A program made the translations under genes and the position numbers. A stretch of 64,000 nucleotides of DNA from Candidatus Heimdallarchaeota archaeon (GTDB lineage: Archaea > Asgardarchaeota > Heimdallarchaeia > Heimdallarchaeales > Heimdallarchaeaceae). Every line of letters begins with the position of its first letter. Within the stretch, counting starts at the first letter, position 1. This document shows positions 47,387 through 56,219 of the stretch, piece after piece. The notes beneath the pieces were generated by a model. The model saw nothing but the letters and a program-made list of their open reading frames with translations. It was not told where the DNA came from and ran no database searches. The stretch lies in NCBI GenBank assembly GCA_030603365.1, contig JAUVXV010000001.1, positions 96,001 through 160,000 of the forward strand. The letters are read 5' to 3'.

Positions 47387-48196
47387 CTATAGGATTTCTA
47401 CGGCTTTGTGCATTTGAATTGAGATTCCAATTTTGTTAGCGGGAAGATATTTACCGGCAATTTGAGTAAATTTGTTAACTTGATTCCAAGTAGGTTTTTC
47501 AACTTTTGATTCTTTAGTTGGAGTAACAAATTGAATTACTATCGGAATATCAATTTTTCCACATTTCCTTGCTATTATCTCAAAATCTTCGTCTTTTGAG
47601 GATTTAGTTATTACAGTTTTTGCGAAAACCTTAGTACCTGATTTTTGAAGAATTTTACTCATTAATATTTCTTGTTCTATTAATTCATCCCAATCTAATG
47701 CGGCTTCAGAACTCCTGTCTTTGATGTCCACACAAGCATAATCTATGTCTTTAGCTATTTTTTCAAGAAACTCAAAGTTGTCTGTAAAGGCAGTTTCTAG
47801 ATATATTTTGTAACCATTTGACTTGAGAAGCTTAATTGATTCTTCAAGAAATGATTCTTGAAATAAAGGTTCCCCTCCTGTAAAACTTACTGAGTGTAAA
47901 TCATTCGTTGTAAGTTTTTTGATAATTGCTAACACATCTTCAGAAGTTAAAGGATTTTCATATTCCTTAAATTCTTGACTCCCCGGTTTAGTTTCAATAA
48001 TGCACTTCTCTGGTGTTGCACTCCAAGATTTAGGGGAATCACACCAAATACAACCTTTTGTTCCATGAACACCTAAAGCTAAAGGACAACCAGAGAATCT
48101 AATGAAAATCTGCCTTAATCCGTAACAACTTCCATTGACGGCAGCTCCTTCTCCTTGGAAACTAGAGAAAATTTCTTGGATATATCCCTGAGACAT
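47387..48196 (-). CDS. queE: 7-carboxy-7-deazaguanine synthase (radical SAM)
   Basis: EIFSSFQGEG, FIRFSGC...CIWCD, FTGGEP, QMHK. Confidence 0.92.
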   Translation of the reverse strand: MSQGYIQEIFSSFQGEGAAVNGSCYGLRQIFIRFSGCPLALGVHGTKGCIWCDSPKSWSATPEKCIIETKPGSQEFKEYENPLTSEDVLAIIKKLTTNDLHSVSFTGGEPLFQESFLEESIKLLKSNGYKIYLETAFTDNFEFLEKIAKDIDYACVDIKDRSSEAALDWDELIEQEILMSKILQKSGTKVFAKTVITKSSKDEDFEIIARKCGKIDIPIVIQFVTPTKESKVEKPTWNQVNKFTQIAGKYLPANKIGISIQMHKAVEIL

Positions 48197-48263
48197 CGAA
48201 ATACGATTTTCCTAATTCTAAATAAGAATTGCTTATGTTGTTAAAAAAATATAAAAAGAAAAA

Positions 48264-48731
48264 CTAGAGACCATATCTACCTATCTGTTCGAAAGTTGCG
48301 AATTTTTCTACATATTCTTTAACTTTGCGAGCATATTCTTTTGGATCTCTCTTCATTAGATTGGCAGCAGTTGAATTTAAAGGGTCATCTGGATTTGGAT
48401 TACATAAAATAAATCTGATTGATTCAATAATATCAACTAGGTTATTTGCTGGTGTCCAATCAACGCCTAGAACTCCCACGCATATTCGAGTGTCAAAGAC
48501 ATTAGCATGAAATACTTTTGTTAACATTTTTACTTTTGGAGGTTTAAATGGATATTCTCTCGGAATTTCTATATCCAATACGAAAACACCTCCTTCATAT
48601 AATCCTGCACCAAAGATGAATCCTCGCCATGATAGAGTATTTCCGTCAATTGGTTTGAAAGTAGGTAATTCCTTTTTCAACTCATTTGCTTCTATCGCAA
48701 TTCTAGGCCAGAATTCTTCTTCAGATAACAT
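48264..48731 (-). CDS. Ubiquitin-conjugating enzyme E2
   Basis: YEGGVF, EYPFKPPKV, FHANV..RIC (catalytic Cys), PNPDDPLN. Confidence 0.95.
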   Translation of the reverse strand: MLSEEEFWPRIAIEANELKKELPTFKPIDGNTLSWRGFIFGAGLYEGGVFVLDIEIPREYPFKPPKVKMLTKVFHANVFDTRICVGVLGVDWTPANNLVDIIESIRFILCNPNPDDPLNSTAANLMKRDPKEYARKVKEYVEKFATFEQIGRYGL

Positions 48732-48769
48732 TTCATATCCCTTGCATTTTTGATTTTTGAATTTATTTG

Positions 48770-48934
48770 CTAATATCCTCCAGTGCTCTTGTTCTGCATT
48801 TCAAGTAATATCATAAGTACTGCAGCAATTAATCCCTTTTGATCTCCTGCAATTCTTTTAAATTCTTCCCTCTCTAACATCATCGATATAGAACGCCATC
48901 TAACAAGTAATTCTACTATATCTCTTTCACTCAT
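48770..48934 (-). CDS. 54-aa hypothetical protein (absent from ORF track)
   Basis: Manual translation MSERDIVELLVRWRSISMMLEREEFKRIAGDQKGLIAAVLMILLEMQNKSTGGY. Confidence 0.5.
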   Translation of the reverse strand: MSERDIVELLVRWRSISMMLEREEFKRIAGDQKGLIAAVLMILLEMQNKSTGGY

Positions 48935-49087
48935 TAGCCTTCATTTAAGAAAAGTTGGCTTAGCTTTATTAAGATTATGTCTCTCCTAATGAGATTGAAA
49001 GTTTTTGATAAATTTTGAGCTATTTTATAATACGCCTAAGCCACAAATTTTTTTAAATTTAAATTATTATTATATTTGTGAATATTA

Positions 49088-49753
49088 ATGAGTAACCCAG
49101 AGGAAATGTTAGTGCAATTAATTAATTCGATTAACAAACTATCTACATTAGTTCAAAACGTTAATGATTCAATTGCTAAATTATCTACCCAAATATCTCA
49201 ATTAGAAACTAAGATGGCTAGTTTTTCAAATGTTGAAACTCAAGTATCAGAAGTTGGTCTTAAACTTGGAGAAATCCCTGGAATAAAAGACATGATTTCT
49301 AATTTAAATGCAAAAATTGATGGGTTAGGAACTGTCGTGAGCGCTTCTACAGCTCAAGCTTCTGAGGCTAAGTCTAAGCCAGTAAAGAAGAAAAAGCAAG
49401 AAGAGTATGTTTCTCCTGCTTTGGTTGAAGAAGAACCCACTATTGGTGCATCTTCTGAAGCAGATTCTGCATTTACTGCTGTTTCAGCAAAATTTAATCA
49501 TATAACACAAATGGTTAGTCCCAACTCGAGTTGTGGAAATATCGAAAAAATGCTTGTTGAACTTAGAGATGAAGTTGAAACTCAAGTTGGGATGTCTCCA
49601 ATGCTGTATGAACTAAACTCTTGGGTACAACGAGTTTCTAAAATGCCAGAATCAGATGTTCTTCTTCCAGAAATTCATAGCGAGCTTCTTGAAAAATTAG
49701 ATGATTGGCTTACCCGGGTAACAAAAGCTATCCACTTAAAGTATCAAGAGTGA
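49088..49753 (+). CDS. Hypothetical coiled-coil protein
   Basis: Heptad pattern in the N-terminal third. Confidence 0.7.
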   Translation: MSNPEEMLVQLINSINKLSTLVQNVNDSIAKLSTQISQLETKMASFSNVETQVSEVGLKLGEIPGIKDMISNLNAKIDGLGTVVSASTAQASEAKSKPVKKKKQEEYVSPALVEEEPTIGASSEADSAFTAVSAKFNHITQMVSPNSSCGNIEKMLVELRDEVETQVGMSPMLYELNSWVQRVSKMPESDVLLPEIHSELLEKLDDWLTRVTKAIHLKYQE

Positions 49754-49847
49754 TAGATTTACTCTTTTTTTTTCTTAAGGTAATACCCACGTCCATACTG
49801 ATATAATACTAATTTTTTAACCTAATGAGTTACATGATTAACATGTT

Positions 49848-50483
49848 ATGATGAATCTTAGTGATGTAAAGGGCGTTATAGAGATAAATGGCACATCTTA
49901 TGATCCAAAAAACGTAATTAAAGCTCTCCTTGAACAGGGGTTGAAGATTCATCCACTTAATGGTTCATTATTAATTGGACGAACATTTGTTGATCCCACA
50001 CCAAATCTACAATATAGTACAACTTCCTGTCCTATTTCAGATCATTGTAAGATTTTTGATAAGCTGTATCTACAAAAACCAGGGGAAGTAAATTCATCTT
50101 CAGATGACCAAAATCAAACCTCTCCTTCAGTTGATTTTTATTCCAATCCCTTTAAGACACCTTCTGATCGATTTTACACTGACCCTATTCAGATTGATAT
50201 AGATGATCTCGATATTACAAATCTTTTCTCTGATTCAACAAAAAGAACTCCCTCAATTGATGAACATGAAAGCACTAGTCCCCTAGATTCAGATTTTAGA
50301 AGAGATTTAGATTCTGATCCTTCTGAAATGATGGGTTTATCACCTGTAACACGTTATGGGTTAACATCAAACATTAAGGAATCAATTGTCCCTGCGGAAT
50401 ATAGGGGAAGGTGCACTTACTGTAATTCAACAGTCAATATAAGATGGAAATATTGTGGAAGTTGTGGGACTTCCATAAACTAA
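49848..50483 (+). CDS. Hypothetical protein with C-terminal zinc ribbon
   Basis: CTYC...WKYCGSCG; S/P/D-rich middle. Confidence 0.7.
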   Translation: MMNLSDVKGVIEINGTSYDPKNVIKALLEQGLKIHPLNGSLLIGRTFVDPTPNLQYSTTSCPISDHCKIFDKLYLQKPGEVNSSSDDQNQTSPSVDFYSNPFKTPSDRFYTDPIQIDIDDLDITNLFSDSTKRTPSIDEHESTSPLDSDFRRDLDSDPSEMMGLSPVTRYGLTSNIKESIVPAEYRGRCTYCNSTVNIRWKYCGSCGTSIN

Positions 50484-50491
50484 AATAATTT

Positions 50492-51808
50492 TTATACTGT
50501 TCCTTCCACATCAACACAGCCTTCTGGAGTAATAGCAAAAACTGCTTCTGTTTCAGGTAAGTAAGGTGAGTCATAAATTCTTATGATTCTTTTTTCTCCT
50601 TTAGATTTTCTTAAGTAGAAACGGGTTATTGCCCAATGTCCTAGAATATTACCACCTATAGCTTGTGTTGGATCTCCAAAAAATGCTGCAGGATTTGATT
50701 GAACTTGATTTGTTATTGCTACTGCAACATCATATGTATCAGCTAACCGTCCTAATATGCCTAAATGATGATTTATTGTTTGTTGCCGTTCAGCAAGAGT
50801 ACCTCTTCCTGCATATTCTGATCTAAAGTGTGCTGTTGCTGAATCAAGTGCTACCAAACCATATTCATCTTTGCGGTTATAGAATAATTCCAGAAGTTTT
50901 TCAACTAAGGTCATTTGATGATCTGAATTATATGCTCTTGCATAAGTGATGTCTCTAAGAACATCCTCAAAACTCTTCTCCCAACCTAGGTCTTTCTGTA
51001 ATTTAGTATGGACAGCTTTTATTCTACTTGGTGAGAATGTCCCTTCTGTATCAATGAAAACAGCTTTTTTACCGACACCACCTAGTTCTGGAGGAAGTTG
51101 GACAGTTACACATAATTGGTGACATATTTGAGATTTTCCAGATCGAAATGGGCCAAAGAGCTCTATTGTTTCTCCAAGTCTAACACCCGAGACACCTAGT
51201 TCATCAATAGTTGTTAGAGCATCTAAAGCTTTTATACCATAAGTAAAAGCAGGCGAACCCTTTTGTTTTTCCATTATATCAAATGCATTGATAAACTCTA
51301 TTCCCCCTCTTATCTCTCTAAGAGCTTCCTTGTATTTCTTAGCTGCACTAGCTGTTATTCCGTATTTTTCTTCTAATTCCCTGATGGGTGTTGTTCCAAG
51401 TAGGTAGACATTTAATCCTTTTTCTCTCAGCATATCAGCTGTAGCTTTTCCAACTCCAGGAAGATCTTCTAAGCCTATTTCTTCTTTGAAGAATTTATAC
51501 TTAGCAATTGAACTTGAAATTTCTTCACGAATTTTTTTTGCTGTTGCTCTTTGAATTCCCAATGCTTGGAGTTTAATAAGACGTGTAGTCATCAATTCTT
51601 CAATTTGAGTAATGTTATTTTCATTCAAAATATCCAACGTTTTTTTTCCTAAACCAGGTACGTCTTCTAATTTTTGATACGCCGATTTTTTAGCTTTTTT
51701 TGAGGTTTCCTTCTCGGCAAGTTCTATAAGGTGTTCTTCATATTGTTCCTCTATTTTTTTTGTATCGGTTTCAGTAGCTTCTTCCTGTATCTCGGTCTCT
51801 TTACTCAT
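50492..51808 (-). CDS. radA: RadA recombinase family protein with extended N-terminus (two HhH modules)
   Basis: GPFRSGKS, IDTEGTF, FRSEYAGRGTLAERQQ, TNQV, DSPYLPE. Confidence 0.9.
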   Translation of the reverse strand: MSKETEIQEEATETDTKKIEEQYEEHLIELAEKETSKKAKKSAYQKLEDVPGLGKKTLDILNENNITQIEELMTTRLIKLQALGIQRATAKKIREEISSSIAKYKFFKEEIGLEDLPGVGKATADMLREKGLNVYLLGTTPIRELEEKYGITASAAKKYKEALREIRGGIEFINAFDIMEKQKGSPAFTYGIKALDALTTIDELGVSGVRLGETIELFGPFRSGKSQICHQLCVTVQLPPELGGVGKKAVFIDTEGTFSPSRIKAVHTKLQKDLGWEKSFEDVLRDITYARAYNSDHQMTLVEKLLELFYNRKDEYGLVALDSATAHFRSEYAGRGTLAERQQTINHHLGILGRLADTYDVAVAITNQVQSNPAAFFGDPTQAIGGNILGHWAITRFYLRKSKGEKRIIRIYDSPYLPETEAVFAITPEGCVDVEGTV

Positions 51809-51967
51809 TACTTTACACCACTACTATTAGTTCGAAGAGGTTAGAGTATTTAAAGGTAATACTTAATCAGACAGTAGTCTTACCTTAATTTAACTTCTTC
51901 GGAGGGAGACTCTACTTCAAAAGTAAAAAACTAATTTTCTGAGATTCTAGTAAACTATAACTCATCC

Positions 51968-52477
51968 CTAATAATCAATTCCTCTTCTAGCTGTAATTCC
52001 CCTACTAAAGGGATGTTTAATCTCATCAATATTGATTATTTTATCAGCTTTATCTTTTATTTCTTCAGGAATCTTTCTCCCTGTTATGATAACTTCCTCT
52101 TTTACTCTATTTATAATAACACTAAGATCTTCCCATTTTACTAAATCATAAGCTAAAGCTAAACCTAACTCATCTAGTAATAAGATGTCTGTTTTGGATT
52201 TCATTAGTTCACTTTTGAGCTCTTCTACTCCTTCGTTTAAGATATCTCTGTACTCTTCTTGTTGTTTTTCTGAGTGGTAGAATTCCTCTTTGCCAAAGCA
52301 AAACCATCGTATTTTATTGTCCTTTTCTAAAAACTTACATTCACCACAATTTTTACCAGTTTTTAAGAATTGAGCAACTAAAATCTCTTTTTCCTTTTGA
52401 CGTTCCAAATAAATGTGTCCTAGAGCTGTGGAAGTTTTACCCCTTCCCTCACCTGTAATAAGAGTAAGTTTTACCAT
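51968..52477 (-). CDS. cobO: Cob(I)alamin adenosyltransferase CobO/BtuR family
   Basis: TGEGRGKTSTA, QFLK, LDE, ITGR, KHPF..G..ARRGIDY. Confidence 0.88.
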   Translation of the reverse strand: MVKLTLITGEGRGKTSTALGHIYLERQKEKEILVAQFLKTGKNCGECKFLEKDNKIRWFCFGKEEFYHSEKQQEEYRDILNEGVEELKSELMKSKTDILLLDELGLALAYDLVKWEDLSVIINRVKEEVIITGRKIPEEIKDKADKIINIDEIKHPFSRGITARRGIDY

Positions 52478-52566
52478 TGTAAACTTTGTGCATTTAATCT
52501 TTTTAAATCTTAATGATTAAGAAGGAATAATTATATTTGGAATATAGGTAGTTTTACCATTGTGAT

Positions 52567-53034
52567 TTAGGTGTCCTGCTCTGTTTTGATCTCATCAGAA
52601 ATTGTTTGTTCTGTGTTTTCGTTTTCTTTTGTTTCTACTTGTTTTTTCTTCTCTTCTTCCCAAATTTTTTCTCCCTTATTGTACATTTTTCCTGTCCCCT
52701 TACATACTGAACATACCTCTTTTCTCGCATCTTGTTTTAAACCAGCATCAACATATCCAGTACCATAACATAATGGACAATTTGTTCCAATAACCCTAGC
52801 ACCTGTTCTTGCATAGATATACGAAAAAACTACAAAAATTAGTCCTAATGATAATAAAATGAATCCTGCTATTTCTAATCCTCTAGCATCAGGTAAAGAT
52901 GGATCCTCTGAAACACTTGCTCCATAATCATACATGTAGATACCTGCAATGAAAAGAACCCCACCAAGTAGAAAAATAGCATACTGAGTTACGTATATTC
53001 GTATATTTGAAACTCTTCGTATTTTTTTGCTCAT
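52567..53034 (-). CDS. Two-TM protein with DnaJ-type zinc finger
   Basis: Two hydrophobic helices; CPLCYGTG and CSVCKGTG. Confidence 0.75.
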   Translation of the reverse strand: MSKKIRRVSNIRIYVTQYAIFLLGGVLFIAGIYMYDYGASVSEDPSLPDARGLEIAGFILLSLGLIFVVFSYIYARTGARVIGTNCPLCYGTGYVDAGLKQDARKEVCSVCKGTGKMYNKGEKIWEEEKKKQVETKENENTEQTISDEIKTEQDT

Positions 53035-53125
53035 TATTCATTTCAACACTTAAACGCTGAAAAATCTTGTGTTAAATGTTTAGCATCATTACTAAAAGTA
53101 AATTACCATCCTAAGATATTCTGAC

Positions 53126-53683
53126 TTATCTACCTGCAAGTTTGTATCTGTTATTCTGGTCTTGTATTGCACTTACAATAAGTGCTTTTAAAAGGTCAGT
53201 TACACCATCACCTGTTAAAGCGGATGTTTCGAGATATCTACAGCCTAATCGTCGAGCTATTCTTTCGGCATCGTTTCGTTGAACTTCTCTTGCTACATCT
53301 GTTTTGTTACCAACTATAGTTATGTCCAGTTCAATATTTTCATGTCGCAATTCTCTGATCCAATCTGCACATTTTTTGAAAGAAGCTCTATCAGAAACAT
53401 CGTAAATTATAGCAGCAGCATTCGTACCAGGATAAAGGAGTTTTCTAACAACTCCAAATCTTTTCTGACCTGCCATATCATAAAAAAGAGCAACAGCTTT
53501 TCCTTTTTTTGTATTGAATGAGTAAGTATGAAATTCTGCTCCAACAGTTGGTTTGTATTTTTTCAAGAATATATTTTCACTAATTCTTTTACAAATTGTT
53601 GTCTTTCCAGACCTACCTGGACCACATATGGCTAGCTTATAAATATCATAATCGCGAAATTTAACCTCAACTATAGAGCCCAT
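53126..53683 (-). CDS. Rab/Ras-like small GTPase
   Basis: GPGRSGKT, PTVG, DMAGQ, NKTD, ETSA. Confidence 0.93.
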   Translation of the reverse strand: MGSIVEVKFRDYDIYKLAICGPGRSGKTTICKRISENIFLKKYKPTVGAEFHTYSFNTKKGKAVALFYDMAGQKRFGVVRKLLYPGTNAAAIIYDVSDRASFKKCADWIRELRHENIELDITIVGNKTDVAREVQRNDAERIARRLGCRYLETSALTGDGVTDLLKALIVSAIQDQNNRYKLAGR

Positions 53684-53820
53684 ATCTGAGGAGCACCAAT
53701 TAAAAACTCAGAAAAATCAATAAAAGGCGATGTAATACCTAACAGTTACGAGAACCCATATGTGTTGATTGTTGGAATTCACACACACTGCTGAATTTTT
53801 AAATATCACCAAGCTTAAAT

Positions 53821-54684
53821 TTGATTAGGATGAGTTCTGAATTCGAAAGAGTAGCTGTTATTGGTTCAGGAATAATGGGTAGTGGTATTGCTCTTGTTTT
53901 AGCTAAAGCTGGAATAGCTGTAAATATAGTAGATGTTGACCAAAAATATCTTGATTCTGGTTCGCAAAATATTGAGGACTTTCTGAATAACAGCATAAAA
54001 AAAGGAAAAATAACTGATAAAGAAGTGAACAGTCTGAAGAATAATATTCATCCATTACTAAGTTTAAATGAAGCAACCAAGGACATACAACTTGTTATAG
54101 AAGCTATCACTGAGGATGAGAATGCAAAGAAACAGTTATTCGAAGAACTAGATCCTATGTGTGAAAGTAGCGTTATTTTTGCAACTAACACTTCTGCTAT
54201 CAATATTTCAGAACTTGCAATGGCTACAAAGCGTTCTGATAAATTTTTAGGGATGCATTTCTTCAACCCTCCAGCTTTGATGAATCTAGTAGAAGTTATA
54301 GAAGGTGAAAAAACAAGTACAGAAACCATTGAGAAAATAATTTCTCTGTGCACGTTCCTTGGGAAAACTCCTGTTCCTTCGAAAGAAGCTCCAGGTTTTA
54401 TTGTTAATAGATTGTTATGGATGTTCTTGAATGAAGCATACAAGCTGTTAGAAAATGAAATTGCAGCAAAAGAACATATAGATAAAGCAATCAAATTGGG
54501 TTTAAATCATCCTATGGGACCTTTTGAGCTTTCTGATTATATTGGTCTAGATGTTGTATTGGATATAGGTAAGTATATTGAAAATCAGCTGGGTGGAGAA
54601 TATAAACCTGCTAATTTGCTCCGAAAGATGGTTAAAGAGGGTAAATTGGGTAGAAAAACTAGTAAGGGTTTTTACGATTACTGA
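53821..54684 (+). CDS. 3-hydroxyacyl(butyryl)-CoA dehydrogenase
   Basis: GSGIMG, TNTS, GMHFFNP, PGFIVNR, HPMGPF. Confidence 0.95.
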   Translation: MIRMSSEFERVAVIGSGIMGSGIALVLAKAGIAVNIVDVDQKYLDSGSQNIEDFLNNSIKKGKITDKEVNSLKNNIHPLLSLNEATKDIQLVIEAITEDENAKKQLFEELDPMCESSVIFATNTSAINISELAMATKRSDKFLGMHFFNPPALMNLVEVIEGEKTSTETIEKIISLCTFLGKTPVPSKEAPGFIVNRLLWMFLNEAYKLLENEIAAKEHIDKAIKLGLNHPMGPFELSDYIGLDVVLDIGKYIENQLGGEYKPANLLRKMVKEGKLGRKTSKGFYDY

Positions 54685-54718
54685 AAATAGATAAATTGAG
54701 AAGATGTTGTAAAAAAAC

Positions 54719-55408
54719 TTACCTTCTTCTGAAGTATAATACGAGACCTGCTAACATTGCGATTACAGCAGGTACAATTCCATAAATTACCCAAGCCCAA
54801 CCTTCTGATAATACATTTCCTATATCCCATTGTGGTAGATTAGTATCAATCACAGGTATTCCAGAAACAAAACTAAGTATGAACCTATTTTGACTTCTTA
54901 CACTCTCTTGTAAGTCGGTCCAGTTATCATAAAATGACATATAAACCCAAGGTACCTGAGAATCACTTATTGTATCAGATGTAACATTATATTTGAAAAT
55001 CATTTTTTCATTTGGTTTAATTTCTGTTATATTGTACTCTAAATAACTTTCAGTCAGTAATAAATCTGATATATTTACTGGGGTAAATTCGTTTATAACA
55101 GGCGATGTCATTGTCTCGTTGAGTGTAATATTATCTCCACTTAAAACTCCAAATGAACATCCTGTAAGTCTGAGTTGGTTTATGTCAGTAAGATTCAGTG
55201 AAACTGTAATATTTGTTATTGTATAATTTAGGAAGTTTTTAATAAAAATACCCACAGTTATATTGTCACCAACAACTGTTTCTCTGTCAAATGCTACTTG
55301 ATCAAATATTAATGATTCTTCTTCTGGAATAAAACTTACAGTTGAGTAAGTATAACCTAGCATAGTTATTAGCAAAGTTATGAAGAGTATTTGACTAAGT
55401 TTTCTCAT
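54719..55408 (-). CDS. Type I membrane glycoprotein, TRAP-beta/Ig-like
   Basis: Signal peptide; VGDNITVGIFIKN..ITNITV; many NxT sites; C-terminal TM followed by RRR. Confidence 0.55.
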   Translation of the reverse strand: MRKLSQILFITLLITMLGYTYSTVSFIPEEESLIFDQVAFDRETVVGDNITVGIFIKNFLNYTITNITVSLNLTDINQLRLTGCSFGVLSGDNITLNETMTSPVINEFTPVNISDLLLTESYLEYNITEIKPNEKMIFKYNVTSDTISDSQVPWVYMSFYDNWTDLQESVRSQNRFILSFVSGIPVIDTNLPQWDIGNVLSEGWAWVIYGIVPAVIAMLAGLVLYFRRR

Positions 55409-55489
55409 AGTGTTGTCTCCTTCAGACCATAAAAAGTGATAATGTTTTTAACTTTAACTCTTTGTGAGCCATTTAATATCCTAAGTTGT

Positions 55490-56203
55490 TCATATTAAAT
55501 CTAGCGTATTTTGATATGCTCTTACAATATCAATATTTTCTATTACAGAAGATTTAGCAACAATTTCGGGTAGTTGTTGATTTACCCAATTCATTGCATC
55601 CTCCATTTTTTTACGCATAGTTGGATCTGTTTTTCTAAATATATCTACTAAATTATCAAAATCGATACTTTGTTCGTTTTCCAATAACTCAAGCCATGCT
55701 TTAAGAGTTGCAATTCTTTGAGAAGGCAGTATAAATTCTACTGTTTTTGCAATTTTATTTGCTACAACAACTCCTTTAATCTTTACAGGCATTAATGCTA
55801 GAAACTGTCCACCGAGTTGAGATCTAAAAAACATAGACAGTATCTTTGTTTTATCTGTAATTCTTAATCTATTATAGAGTAAATCGTAGTTTACCAGTGT
55901 TGTACCAAAAAAGATTCTTGTATCTCCATGTTCAATATTCAGAGCTGAATTAGATTCTAGTTTTGCATTCAAATCTGTAGTTCTGAATTTTATCCCTATT
56001 ACTATTGGAAGATCTTCAGAAAGTTTTGCTAGAACCTTATCTATTTCCCCCTCAATTACTAGGTCATCTCCTGAATGTGAAAAACGTGGATCAAATATTC
56101 TTTTAATGGTTACCTCTTCCTCTTCAAGGGCTGAATATAAATCATTTAAGCTTTCAATGTTCAGAGATTTTTGTGAAATTCTTATCATAACAGTTTCAGG
56201 CAT
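55490..56203 (-). CDS. Hypothetical protein directly downstream of polB
   Basis: 237-aa ORF with GAGGTG SD; no motif recognised. Confidence 0.7.
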   Translation of the reverse strand: MPETVMIRISQKSLNIESLNDLYSALEEEEVTIKRIFDPRFSHSGDDLVIEGEIDKVLAKLSEDLPIVIGIKFRTTDLNAKLESNSALNIEHGDTRIFFGTTLVNYDLLYNRLRITDKTKILSMFFRSQLGGQFLALMPVKIKGVVVANKIAKTVEFILPSQRIATLKAWLELLENEQSIDFDNLVDIFRKTDPTMRKKMEDAMNWVNQQLPEIVAKSSVIENIDIVRAYQNTLDLI

Positions 56204-56219
56204 CTAGCACACCTCATGT

